The notes under the pieces: generated by a model | The model's input: the letters and a program-made list of their open reading frames with translations, nothing else | Told to the model about the DNA's origin: nothing | The model's database searches: none | Shown: one piece after another, positions 1 to 14,179 of the stretch | How the letters are laid out: each line of letters opens with the position of its first letter | How positions within the stretch are numbered: position 1 is the stretch's first letter | Translations under genes and position numbers: made by a program | Assembly (NCBI GenBank): GCA_951406725.2 | Contig: OX597814.1 | Location: 210,800,001 to 210,864,000, forward strand | DNA: 64,000 nt | Direction: 5' to 3' | Source of the DNA: Octopus vulgaris | Taxonomy: Eukaryota

Positions 1-2967
1 TAAGTGTCTGCATGTATGAATTTATTTATGCATGCATATATACTCCCCCATCTACTAGTTGGCGTTTGATTAACTGAAGCTGGCGGATTCGCCATGGGAA
101 TATATAAGATCGACTTTCGCTTTACAATTACAATATATGCAGACGAACATATACAGAAAGAGAAAGAGAAAGTGAGAATGAAAAATGAGAGAGGGAAGGG
201 GAGACAGAGAGTATAGAAGAAGCAGGGAAAGATTCACTTACGAATAGACCGCAGTACAGAGAGGGGTTTAATAATATATGTACTCTTTTCGGTAGAAATG
301 TAAACACATTTTGTTGCTTAAACAGTCTCATTAATAAGGTAGATCTCTAAATGACATTTTTTCAATCATTAATCTATTTCTTATAAACAAACAAACGACT
401 GTCTTGTCTACTCCCTGACGTATGTTTCTTATTGTAAACATAATACTTATCAAAGGACAGAAAACACTATATATGAACAAAAAGTACACCAACGCACGAA
501 ATGATTAGTACAGGATAACAAAATACAGTGATAAACATGTAAAATTAGAAAAAAAATACGGATGGGACGTATAATGTAATTGCTTTAATACATTATGTTT
601 TCACTTCATTTACTTTCAAAATGTCAAGCGAAAGATATACACAAGAAAACTGCATGTTTAGTTCTCGAAGCTTTCAAGAAAATTAGGTTTGCTTTACAAG
701 TATAATTCCTGAAAATTCATTAGTATTATAAGTAAATATAATGAAATTCCATATGATGGAATACGTACAGAGACCGGAAATGGGAATTTTGATGAGAATC
801 AAATTAATTCTATGTGGCAAGCTACCATGAATGTCAATCACTACGTCTCTGTTGAGTTAGACATGATAGTTTACTGCCAGTAGAGTGGTAGGTTATACAA
901 CACCATTAGGAAATTAGACGCCAGATGTGAGTTGTGTGGGTCATTATGAGGTGGTATTGTTGTATTAATTTTTTTTATATGAAATGAGAAAAACAAATTA
1001 AAATCATTGGATAGAAAATAAAGAAACCTTTTGTATAATTTTGGAAACTGAATAAAGATTTTACCGAGAGAGCTAGACAGAATTCTTAGAATGCGAAAAG
1101 ATGTTCAAATAAACAATATCAAATGAATAAGAATGCTTTTAATATTCTTGTCTCAACGTGCATATTAACTAATGCAGTTCACGAAAGTACATATAAACTT
1201 GTTCTGCTATTATATGTAGGAAGTTTTTTTTTTAGTGGCTCTTATGGGAAGAAATTCAATTTTCCAACGTGAAACTACATATTATTTTTTTATGGGATTC
1301 AATGGATCTGTTGCTCATATAAATCGTAATACCAACAAATATGTGTAATGTAAACTATAAACGAAACATTTTTTCAGCATTACATCATTTAATGTTTGAC
1401 ATAGTATGGCATACAGCATAATATGACACATCTCGCTACGATATATATTGATAGCATGAGAATTAAGATTAATGCATTCGAAATATCGAACCGTCACTAT
1501 ATAACTCGGATGTCAAAGCCCAATTGAACCATCAATTAACACAATGCCAGTAGTGGGAAGGATGTGTAAATTTAAAAAAAGGTTATTCTTTAGATAAGGT
1601 TAATGATTTACAGAGAAACGTATCAATAGGGATTTCCAAACTAATACTAACGTCATAAATACTGAATATTAATTCTAAAATAATAATGTGAAACACTATA
1701 TATACTGTCTATCTAAACAATTTATGACTCATGAAGCTTCCATTAATATTAACATACACCTACATACCGATATATGCTACGGCTCATTTTTCATATTATA
1801 CAAAACTATAATTTAAACTGATTAATTAAAATCTTGTTTCCTCCAGGTAAATATTAATATACTCCAAAACTTGTGCTTGACTCACTTCCGTCAGTTGTGA
1901 ATATTTCCACCAACAGAGATTTGTTTATTTGAATTTGACGATTTATAACCCACGCATAATTTTGCTATTATCATGAGATCACGAGACAAATAATCAGTTG
2001 TGATAAGGAGAATAAATTTTTAAATTACTATCGCCTTTAACTATGTATGTTTAGAATATTTACGTTTCAATACAAAATTAGAAGATACGTGTTATTAAGT
2101 AAGGTTAACGCTACTTATGTTTACAACAATTCATATTTATAATAAATGACAAATTACCGATTTAAATTCAAATCCACACCGCAATTTAGAGTGCAGTATC
2201 CGATTCATTAATATGAATGGTAAATGGAATATATTTTCGAAAATAGTATGCTATCTGTAAAATATTGTAAGAGAGATGCTAAACTGACAGCTGCATATAT
2301 ACGACTGGAAATACTATTGCTTAATTGTTGACACCCGTAAAAGCAATTTGTCTTTAGTATTAACGATACAAATCTGATAAATTATCCTAACTTGACAGAT
2401 ATGCGTGTGTTTGTATGTGTTCGTGTCTATGTGCGTATGCGTTTGTACGTGTGTTTGTGAATAAAAATATGCTCCATATTCTCTTCATATATATTCGTAC
2501 GTATGTACGTGTTTTCTTATTGTTTGCGCGTGTGTCTTGCATATGCATCGTTGAAGTATGCCTGAACGAATATACCGAGCAAATGCTTTACGGTATTTTA
2601 ACAATATACACCTATTCATTACTTTTCGTATTTGACATTCTTTCACGTCCATTCATTCTCGTAAACATACAATTTCTCCTTCCGACTGATATGTTTCTTG
2701 CTACTAACTTTCACTCGTTTTTCTTCACTTTCTCACATTCTTTTCTTCTCCGTTCCAATCTCACCATCTATCGCTTTTCATTTTCTCTTTCCCATTCGCA
2801 ACAACATTGCTAACATGCGCACATTGTTCTCTCTGAAAACAACATCTTGGGAAAATTAACACGCTTTCATTTCATTCGACAACATAAGCATTATATGTTT
2901 ATCCTCATATACAAACTGCATAGTATTGCCGCGTTTTACTTCATCGTTCCATGGTTTTCATCGCAAT

Positions 2968-3569
2968 ATATATATAATACAAAATCCGTTCTGTCTGTGT
3001 GTGTGTGTCTTCTAGGATCTCGGGCATCCTCCATCCGATTGCGCTCAAATTTGATACGTAGATATCCACGGTATCAGGGCGTAAAAAATTGCAAAAATCG
3101 ATTCCAGGTGGGAATGCGACCGATAAGGCCGTGGGAACATGAATTTGTACGCGCATGTACATCAGCTGATGTGATCGATACTACGCGTACGTAAGAAGGA
3201 TGCATCGTTTTGGGCTTGCTTTTCTTCCGTCAACCTATACATAACTGTGCCTTCCAGTTTTTGTTGTTTTTGCACTGCTTAAAGGCACTTTCTTTCCTGC
3301 CAAGCCTACTGTTTAAACCATGTTTATGTTCTCCCAGTCAACATCCTTATGATTACTGGTACTTTAAACTCTTCGGTAGCAAATTTGTGTGAATAAAATC
3401 GTTTTTCTTTGGAATAGAAAAAAAATCTATCTTTATTTCTTATTTTGCTGGTGTCTCAAAATTAGGTTAAATCAGTGTTTCTCAAAAGGGAGGCAGATGG
3501 GACGGTCGGACAAGTTGTTTTGAGAAAATTTAGTTTAAATGTTTGACAACACAGCACCATCCATTGGAT

Positions 3570-3571
<2 letters not shown>
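2968..3571 (+). mobile_element. Non-autonomous Helitron-like element, longer copy, 3' terminus lost
   Basis: Both ends align with 12136-12480. The 5' part has (CTGT/GT)n and CCGATTGCGCTCAAATTTG, typical of non-autonomous Helitrons. Subterminal hairpin CCATCC-ATT-GGATGG at 3557-3571. Confidence 0.6.
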
Positions 3572-3990
<419 letters not shown>

Positions 3991-4569
3991 AAATTATAGT
4001 ATATATATATATATACATGCTGCATATATTAAATTATATTGTAAGACGGATTATTGTATGAAAATATTTTATAATCTGTAACTTATGTTTTCCCGATTAT
4101 TAAATCGAAAGAATAACTGTTATATTCCTAAAGTGAGAAGAATATAACCTATGCATACACATTTGCATACAAAAACTGAAACGAAATTATTCTTATTGCT
4201 AGATTTAAATGCAGAAATTTGAAACTGGAAAAAATATCGAATTGAATTTTTTTTTTTTTTTCGAAAAGTTAATTTCGAACTCCCACATATTACTCAGTTG
4301 CATCATATAGAGATCTTCCTATATTAATGTCTTCAATAAATTTCAGCTCCCCAATCTTCCGAAGAGAAATTTGGAGATTAAAATGTTTAGAAACGGACAC
4401 ATAATTGTGAGTTTACAATGAGAGAGTATATGAGTGACAAGAATGGAGACAAACATAAACCCATGCATATATGTATGTGTGTGTATGCATACACACACGC
4501 ACGCTAAATAATAAATATATATATATAAGTTACATATATGTATATTTCTTTTATTTTTATTGTATCATT

Positions 4570-4602
<33 letters not shown>

Positions 4603-4609
4603 TCTTTTA

Positions 4610-4657
<48 letters not shown>

Positions 4658-4665
<8 letters not shown>

Positions 4666-5787
4666 CTTAATCCTTAAAAATGTTACAGCCCGAAAGCTGC
4701 GGCCATGCTGAGTCTCCACCAATGAATGAGCTACACTAGTATATGAAACTGCCTCCGATACGTGGCACTTGTTCAAGAGGTCCAGTTTAGTTTCAAAGAA
4801 ACGCACATCCACACCATGTAGGTCTCTCAGGCATTTAGGAATGATATTGAAGAGCTGTGATCCCCTGAAACACAAGCTGTTGCAGTATTTAATCCTGTAT
4901 TTTTATCGTGATGTTGGGATGTTTGGCAACATGCAGTGGCGCCCCATTCTGCTGTTGGGGTAACTTTCAATGCCAAAATTAGGGACAAGACCCTCCAGGA
5001 TATTCCAGATATATGTCACTGCATATCTCTCCCGCCTTCGCTCCAGGGAGAAGAGTTTTAATACTTTCTGTCTTTCTCATTAGCTTATATGTTGCATTGA
5101 GACGATCTTCTTAGTCTAGCTTTGTTGGATTGCTTCGAGTTCTGCTTTTAACTTTATATTGCGATGTGACCGTAGTTGGGAGCAGTAGTCCAAATGGCTG
5201 AAGGCAAATGTCTTCCAAAAGACCATCAGTGTCTCCTTCTCTTTTGTTCTGAAAGTTCGGAGAATTCATCCAGCTAGCCGTCTGCATTTTATTACCAAAT
5301 TGGCAATATGCTCTTGGAAAGATGCATCATTGCTCACGTCAATGCCCCGGTTACGCACTGATTTTGACTCAGGAATTGCAATTATTCCCGGGCCTGTGTA
5401 TCCAGTCTGCATGTCGTTCACCTTTGTGTGCCGGTAGCGCAGGGCTTGGAACTTACCTGCATTAAACTGCATGTTTTTGTCCTCAGCTCAGCTGTATGTT
5501 GTATCCAACTCCCGTTGCAGATGTGCAATATTTCCAGGGTCTTGTATTGTCTGACAGACTTTTGTGTCATCTGCATATCTAGCAAGGGTGGCCATCTTTG
5601 CAACTGAGGACATGTCTGAAAGGTCCACTACGAACTGTAGTGGCCCGAAGACAGTGCCCTGCGGAACACCACTTGTTATTTGTGTTTCCTTGGAGGTGGC
5701 TCCATTGGCCACCACTTCCTGCCTTCTATCTTTTAGGAAGTTTTGCAGCCACACTCCAAGTTTTCCGCCTATGCCGAGTTCACGCAT
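4658..5787 (-). mobile_element. 5'-truncated CR1/Jockey-group LINE fossil (RT C-terminal half plus 3' UTR)
   Basis: Minus-strand peptides WLQNFLKDRRQEV, SGVPQGTVFGPL, YADDTK, MQFNAGKFQ and GSQLFNIIPKCLRD, broken by stops and frameshifts. 3' end has short TAAGGAT repeats next to (TA)n. Confidence 0.88.
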
Positions 5788-5792
5788 TTATG

Positions 5793-5862
5793 TATATTTC
5801 TTTTCTTTTTCTTGTATATTTTCAACCCCAAAAGACCGTGACCATGCTGGAACACCGCCACC
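5793..5862 (-). mobile_element. SINE/LINE 3'-tail fragment at the 5' break of the CR1 fossil
   Basis: Reverse complement reads GGCGGTGTTCCAGCATGGTCACGG followed by an A-rich tail. Confidence 0.6.
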
Positions 5863-6064
5863 TTAATCATTCTTTTCCGCGGCCATGCATACGTTACTGG
5901 CTTTTAGTGACACGTCTTTTGAGTTTCTTGCCGTGATATAAGTTGATCTGGGACATTGAACAGCAGGAGGTCAGGCTGGTTTTGAAAAACTTCTACCACT
6001 TACTTCATGAAGAGCCCTAAAATATTTGTGTGTGCATATGTATGTAAAACACATATACATACAT

Positions 6065-6095
<31 letters not shown>

Positions 6096-7262
6096 CATGT
6101 ATGTGTGTGAGTGTGTGATACACACGTATAAATACTCTCAAACTCAACTGTATTGACTCTTACATGTCGGTCTTCGAGCACAGTAACTAGACTAAACTGG
6201 TGTTACATCCCATATTACATTGATGGGCGAAACATGCACACCAGTCTAGCCACTGAAAATAAAGAATATAAAACAAAATACATTGAAGACTACTTAATTT
6301 ATGGGGATGTGAATTTTAGACGTCATCAACATATATTTTCGAAGGAAAATACATATGTTGATAAGGTTCCTGCAATATCTGACAACAGAGAAAATGAAAT
6401 TAATTGAAATAGTTGGTACAATGGAAGTAGGAAATAAAATGCATACATTTTGTTCGTAAACGGAAGACTATTGCAATAATAGTGAACCAAATTTGTAAGA
6501 ATAATGGATATTTCAATTTTGTTTCTTAGACTTCAGTTTAATTCCAATTTAATAAGAAACTTCTTAATAGTTTCACAAACTTGTGAAAGTAAGTAATTTC
6601 ATTTAATTATAAATTGTTAAGTCTAAACTTTCCTTTCATATAAATTGTGAATATGCTGTGTATACATGTAACAATAAATTGCTATTTTTATATTTTCTCT
6701 TTTATAATCTAATTCATTTATGGAAAATTTCTTGAAATTATTAACACCCATAAAATTGCACAATCGTATACATTCTAGAGAACATCAAAGGAGAAATAAA
6801 TCACACAAGAGTAAAGATAATCATACATATGCATAGACATATACATTCATACATACATACCAACAAAACAGACACATACACAAAGCTATATGAATGCGTG
6901 TACATGAGAGTGCGTATACATATGTTTCAATATATAAAAATATGTATATGTGTAGGGGTTGTGTGCGTGTAAACTCAGAGAAAGGCAAGATGACAGAGAG
7001 AGGCAAAGACAGCCCGGAGGGAATGTGTCATATAGGGTGACTGATACCTACAAATAGAGCTTTGACCTGACCTTATTCATTTGAAAATAAACTGTCCTAT
7101 AAATTCTTATTTTAGAAATATATCAGGATTTCAAGAAGTAGCTTTTGCTACAGTTCTGGAACGAAAAGTGCGAAAAAACAAATTCTATCAAACAGTAAAC
7201 CTCGTCAATTCTCATCGTCACTAAGTTTCGTTGACTAAGAATTTTGATACGTAATTCTATAT

Positions 7263-7660
7263 TGGCTGTGTGGTAAGTAGCTTGCTAACCAACCACATGG
7301 TTCCGGGTTCGGTCCCACTGCGTGGCATCTTGGGCAGGTGTCTTCTGCTATAGCCCCGGGCCGACCAATGCCTTGTGAGTGGATTTGGTAGACGGAAACT
7401 GAAAGAAGCCTGTCGTATATATGTATATATATATATATGTATGTGTGTGTCTGTGTTTGTCTCCCTAGCATTGCTTGACAACCGATGCTGGTGTGTTTAT
7501 GTCCTCGTCACTTAGCGGTTCGGCAAAAGAGACCGATAGAATAAGTACTGGGCTTACAAAGAATAAGTCCCGGGGTCGATTTACTCGACTAAAGGCGGTG
7601 CTCCAGCATGGCCGCAGTCAAATGACTGAAACAAGTAAAAGAGTAAAAGAGTAAAGAGTA
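7263..7660 (+). mobile_element. tRNA-derived SINE, nearly full length
   Basis: A-box-like TGGCTGTGTGG, B-box-like GGTTCGGTCCC, internal TA/TG microsatellite and (GTAAAAGA)n tail. Near-identical to 50173-50574. Confidence 0.93.
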
Positions 7661-7922
7661 TATATAGGTTCAACTCTGAAATCATAACGTTTACGGTTTT
7701 GTGTTACATCAGTATTTTCCAATATTGAGATTGTTAGCAATGTTGGTTTAGCAAAAGAAACATAAAAAATTGAATATATTTATCACCGAGAAACTTTGCT
7801 CAATGATTACCTGTAAATGTCACCCCATGTGCAATTGAGCAAGCTGGTAAGTAAAATGGATATTTCTGCGTATACGTGTGTGAGTGTGTGCGTTTATATA
7901 AACGTATGCATACTCATGTATA

Positions 7923-7974
<52 letters not shown>

Positions 7975-7999
7975 CCTGTGTATGTGTACATGTGTGCAA

Positions 8000-8042
<43 letters not shown>

Positions 8043-9254
8043 CATATATATATATAAATATATATATACATATACATATATATATATAAATATACATGAA
8101 TATATATACACATATATATTTATATATATGCTCTAATAAGCACACATATATAACGATTAGTAGCAGGAGAGGTGTAAGTTCTTGATAATTCGTATATATA
8201 CGCATATATGCAATTTCGGGAATTGCGGAGTATACATATCTTTATACCTCTAACATGTAAACATCTGGCAACACTCACAACGTCACGAAGATATTCCGTT
8301 TTATTAAACCCTGTTATTTCTGCCATATCATTTTAAAAATGATAAATACTTTCAATTACAAAAACACAAACCTGTGGTATATATAATTATGATAAATGCA
8401 ACAATATATCATATATGATTAATATATTTTACTTAGCTTCTTCTCACGTTCGAGCATGTGCAATTGTGTCAATGCTTATGTGTGCTTATCCGTAAAACAC
8501 AGTTATTCATGTTGTATGAGAATTATATGTGTGTGGATATGAGCGCATTTTCGTTTGTAGAATTATGACTGGAAAACCGTTGCAAAGGTTTTTAGCAATG
8601 TGAAATATTTTTAATAAATTTTATGAGAAAATTACGTCAAACCGTTTGTGTTTTTCCGATATACGTAAGACGCATATTTAATATACATCAATTATTAGCA
8701 TTTATACCGATACCAGCAGGCAAAACCTCATCGCAAACACTCATATGAATACAGGCCTCGATAAATACATACATCCAATATGGGCTACTGTTAGAGTAGA
8801 TGATAGTATCTACAAAATTTATCCATATTCTTAAGTAATACGATGGTACGAAGGGGTCGTAAACTGAGACGAAAAATGCAGTAATGTTTAATATTCATTG
8901 CATTATTCATTTGTAGCATTCATAAAATTGTTCTAATTTCTATATCTCAAAAATTAGATATATACTTAAGTACATATGACTTCCTTTGATGTTACACTGC
9001 GAAAATATGCATCAGTAATATCTCATTATTAGGAAGTATATAGCGTTCAATTTCCTTTTGACATTTTAAGTGTTACAAAGTTGATCAATATCCTTGCATC
9101 TAAGGCTATGGTTATAGGTAACCTGGCTTGTCTTTACCACCATGTTTACTCTGCTCGATATTTGCTCTTTTTTATATTCCCATAAATGTCTATATCTCCA
9201 AACCCATACATATCTCATCAGGGGGATGGGATAAACTACCTGCATCAATTTGTT

Positions 9255-9651
9255 ATAAGATCAGGTTTTGAAGAGTGAAGTTTAATTTTAACAGATACTT
9301 TTTTCAAAGCTTTAATGGAAGTGACAAAAGAGCATATTCGGCATATTTTGCTTTATGAGTTCATTAATGATTAAAGGCAAAAACGCAGTTTTTGGGGGAT
9401 CGGACAATAAGCGTAAACCAGTGTCAACGGTAGTTGCAGAAATTCCAAGACGGAAAGTATATACTACAAGAAGATCCTCGTCCTGGAAGATCTTTAGAGT
9501 CCTAACAATGATCTGTAGAGCTCGAGGAGGACGTCCTGCAAAATCTGGTGAAACAAAGTCACATCGTAACTGTTGAGTAACTAGCAGAGAAGCTTGGATT
9601 TGGTCATTTAACCATTCATCAACAACTTCTTATCATAAAAAACGTCAGTAA

Positions 9652-9708
<57 letters not shown>

Positions 9709-9792
9709 CATCATCGTCATCATCATCATCAGCAGTAGTAGTGGTAGTAGTAGTAGCAGCAGCAGCAGTAGTAGTAGTAGTAGTAGTAGTAA

Positions 9793-9825
<33 letters not shown>

Positions 9826-10545
9826 CATCATCATCATCATCATTATCATCAGTAGTAGTAGTAGTAGTAATGATGGCGCTGATGGTGATTAGTGCTGATG
9901 TTGCCTCGGCTAGTGGATTTTCTTTGTCACCTTCGTCCATGTGTTCCTCACAAATTTTCCAAGTCTAATCGTGCGCAGAGAGTGAATGTGTGCCCTTCTT
10001 TGCTGTCACTACTCACAAATGAACCCTTTATGGACCGAATAGTGACTGGTAACGAGAAATGGGTTTTCTATACAAAAGGTTAAGCGCCGAAGACAGTGGG
10101 TAGGGAAAGGAGAAACACCGGCACTCCTGGCTACAGAAAGTCTTCATCCAGATAAAGATTGGTTATCTGTTTGGTGGGATAAGAAAGGTTTAGGGAACTT
10201 TGAAGTTTAAGCCCAACACAAACGGTAACAAAGGAGATCTACTGCAAGTAGTTCGAGCAGTTTGGTTCTGCTCAACATTGCAGTTATTTTGAACACATGC
10301 GTGAAATATCTGTAGGATATCCTCGTTTTCTCGTGGGATATGACATCTGGCTTAAATGATATCTCGTTGTTGCCCGTGTGCTTCGACACGCTAGAAGAAA
10401 AACGACCATCTTAGCTTTCAAAACGAAAGTTGGTCTTCCATCTGGATAATGCTTAGCCACATATAGGGAAGACGACATTCCAAAGGCTGGAGCAGTTTGA
10501 ATGGGAAACGATGCCCCACCCATCATATTCGCCGGACATATGTCT
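9255..10545 (+). mobile_element. Mariner transposase pseudogene interrupted by two insertions
   Basis: ATG at 9315 gives MEVTKEHIRHILLYEF. Downstream are VPHK, EPFMDRIVTGNEKWVFY (first catalytic D changed to N), DNA*PH and HPSYSPDI. A trinucleotide block lies at ~9646-9937 and a foreign segment at 10259-10363. Confidence 0.88.
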
Positions 10546-11789
10546 TGTGTAGACGTGGCCAGATACACAGAGAAAAATTTTAGAAAATGAAGGAGAGTAT
10601 GTTTCAGACTTAAAAAGAACTTTATCTTAATTTTGAAACATATGAAATATAAAAAAACCCGCATTCTTTATAAGATGACATAATATGAATGTATGTGTGT
10701 GCATGTATGTATTCCCGTACATATAATTTAGGGCCTAAACTAAACACAACACATTAAAGCAAATATCAAAATATATAGAAACCTAAGGAAGCAATCCTAA
10801 TCGACGTGCATTGTTGCTACTTGCAGTGTATCACTGCATTTCAAATGTTCCTATGAGTGTGTTCCTTAGTTGGCAAGACGTAAAGACACATTTCTTCGGT
10901 TGGCAACTAAGCTTTAGCAGTTGTGTAGAAACTGCTATAGTAAAATATTTCCCATTAAATGATCTGGTGAAATCATCACTATTCTGTCCAATGCTAAAGA
11001 ATTTCTTAAGAAATAACATTGGAAGAAAATTGTAAATATTTAACATACGGATGTCATTTAAGTCAGATGCCATATCCCACGAGAAAATGAGGATATCCTA
11101 CAGATATTTCACGCATGTGTACAAAATAATTGCAATGTTGAGCAGAACCAAACTTAAATAACTAACAATTCCACGACTTTGCTGAATTGAAGGTAGGTCA
11201 TATTATGATGACCGCTTTTGTTATGTGATCAGGATTTAATGATTTAGTGTCACGTCTCCAAATTAAGTGACAATTTATTGACAAATTACTTTACAGAATA
11301 GACGTAGGTACGTTCCATAAAATAGCAGAAATGCGATCAGTAAATATTATTAGAGCATTATCACTTCCAACCTATTGACAGTCTTCCGATAAGCCGGGGA
11401 TTTTTAAAGACGGCCGTTCTACAAGAAGCATCAGCAACAACAGCAGTCATAAAGTGTTATAACTTAGGAGCAAGACCTAAGATTTGGCATATGGAATTAA
11501 ATGATTAAATCTGACGAAGTAGTTTACTGGTACTTTGTCAATATGAATTATAACATAGATACGTAAGTTATATAAGCTACAAGATTTAATGACAGCGTGC
11601 ATTTATTGACCAAGTATTAGCTTTGCAGATTATTTGCCGATACAAGCTTCGTGAAATGCGGTGTCGAAATGAAATGTGGAGACATTTATCACAGAATGTA
11701 AGGAGACATAAATATCACGAGTTATTCAATTCACTGCATTATAATAATAGACAATAAATAAGACTGATAATACTAGTGACTGGCAACAT

Positions 11790-12063
11790 TATGATGATAT
11801 TATTTTTAATTTTGATTTTACTCTGATTCAGTCTTATTCCTTGCATGATTTATTAGGGTAGTGGGTTACTACCTATAACCTTAGGAATCCAGTAGCTTTC
11901 AATGGTCTTTCAAGTGGTTAGGAACCTCCTGATAATCTTTCATGTCTCTAAGAGGCAAATTTTCTGGAGAGGCCCTCAAGATTATATTCTAATCTTCTTC
12001 AACCATCTCTCACTCTCTCTGTCTCTCTGTCTCTGTCTGTCTCTGTCTCTCTCTCTCTCTCTT

Positions 12064-12138
<75 letters not shown>

Positions 12139-12478
12139 AATATAAAATTCGTTCTGTCTGTCTGCCTGTGTGTGTCTTCTAGGATCTCGGGCATCATACA
12201 ACCGATTTCGCTCAAATTCGATATGTAGATACCGACGGTATCAAGGCATGTATGCGTCCAGGTGAGTATGCGATCAATAAAGCCATGAGAACGTGCATTT
12301 TTACGCACAAACACATCAGTCGAAATACCAATTTTGCTGGTGTCTCAAATTTAGATTAAATCAGTGTTTTTCAAAGGGGAGTCCCATGGGACGGTCAGGC
12401 AAGTTGTTTTGAGAAAATTTGGTTTAAATGTTTGACAACTCAGCACCGTCCACTGGACGGGAGAGGAGCGTTTTGCTC

Positions 12479-12544
<66 letters not shown>

Positions 12545-12660
12545 TTACAGTTCCCAATACAACAATTTTAATAGGCACAACCTTTACAATTTTCATATTC
12601 CAAATTCTTGCAATTTGAAATGTTAAGGAATTGTATTTATTATTGTAATAATTATTTTCT
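11790..12660 (-). mobile_element. R4/Dong-like LINE 3' end split by a Helitron-like insertion
   Basis: 12543-12650 encodes KYNSLTFQIARIWNMKIVKVVPIKIVVLGTVS and 11925-12005 encodes LQKICLLET*KIIRRFL. These are consecutive C-terminal motifs of restriction-like-endonuclease LINEs. A degenerate TAA-like tail lies at ~11790-11820. Confidence 0.7.
12136..12480 (+). mobile_element. Non-autonomous Helitron-like element, internally shorter copy with intact 3' end
   Basis: Aligns to both ends of 2968-3571. The 3' hairpin CCGTCC-ACT-GGACGG is followed about 15 nt later by CTCGT, a CTRR-like terminus. No TIR or TSD seen. Confidence 0.65.
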
Positions 12661-12867
12661 GTTTTGGTTTTCTTCGTCATTATTTACAATCCTGGAATCC
12701 AACGGATATGATTGATCAATTAATAAGCAAATTCGCTTTCCCTTGTCTGTTATCGTTATGCCTGGTCCCTTTATTTTTCTCGTCCCTTTAAATAGGAAAG
12801 ACAGTTGTATGTTGTCTCCTCACCTGTGTAAGCCACTCTGCATTTCCTTTATACCTTTCTGCATCAT

Positions 12868-12898
<31 letters not shown>

Positions 12899-13000
12899 AG
12901 TAGCAGGAGTAGTAGTAGTAGCTTGGATTTGGTTACCTAAACATTCATCGACACCTTCGTACCATAAAATAGTCAGTAGTAGTAGTAGTAGTAGTAGTAA

Positions 13001-13065
<65 letters not shown>

Positions 13066-14179
13066 ATGATGACGCTGGTGACTTTTCTTCGTCACCTTCG
13101 TCGTTCTAGTATAAAAAAACTAGTAATGATCGATGCAGAACTAATTTTATTACAACTATTCTGGCTACTATAACTTCTCCTGTTGCAACGACTACTGTCG
13201 TGTCTTTTTGCAACTTCTAATATGTTATGTAACAATAATATTGGATTGGACGATGGGAATTTTATAAATACTTCATAAAATTTCAGTAACAGAGAAAAAT
13301 ATTTATCCTAATGCGTGATGCATTCCATATTTAGCTGGAACACAGGAAAAATATTTCAATATTTCGCATGTATTTATATTATATCGAAGCTACAATTTGA
13401 AAATACGAATGAAATATCGTTATAAAAGGAATGATTATTTACAATGTTCCAACAAAAAGAAATGCTTACATTTTATACGTTTAGACTTTATTATTACATA
13501 TTGAGCTAGGAACATATTAACCGGTATTCGTGATGTTTTGAGGTAGAATGCATGAAAATATATTTATTGTACACCCACACATTATTAAACACGTATAGTA
13601 ATGCATTTAGAGCAGAATTCTGTAGAGTGGTGTAGTTAATGCATTGTGCTTTACGTGTGAACTGAATTTTGGTATTGGTAGAAATTGTGTTTTACACTCT
13701 CAGGTGGTAAAGAAAAATATTTTCATGACACACTGCACGACTACACAAATCCCAACAAATGTTGGTTTATTTTCCATTTTGAAGAGTCGGATTTATTTTT
13801 TCCATATCGTTCCAACCTGATGTCTTGCTATCCCTGTTCACTTCTTTACACAGAAAATCTCAAGCATTCGTATTTCCTACGTGTATCAGGCGTTGTAGTG
13901 TTTCAAAATCGTCCATGCTCATAAAATGTTTATAGACGTAGCCATTACCAAAGGCACTCCTTGTATTTGTGTTCACAAATAACTCTATGGGCAATTTTTC
14001 ATGCTTCCACTAGTACAGTTCACGTTTCATTAGAATGGCATTCATGTACCAGTGTTGTCCTTGTTCGTATATTCAAATTGGCTAGTCTGCATGCAAATAA
14101 ATGCCCCCTGCCAACAGCTTTTATGTTACACTCCTTTCTCTTTCTCTCTCTGACATATGCATACGCTCGAGCTCCGTTA

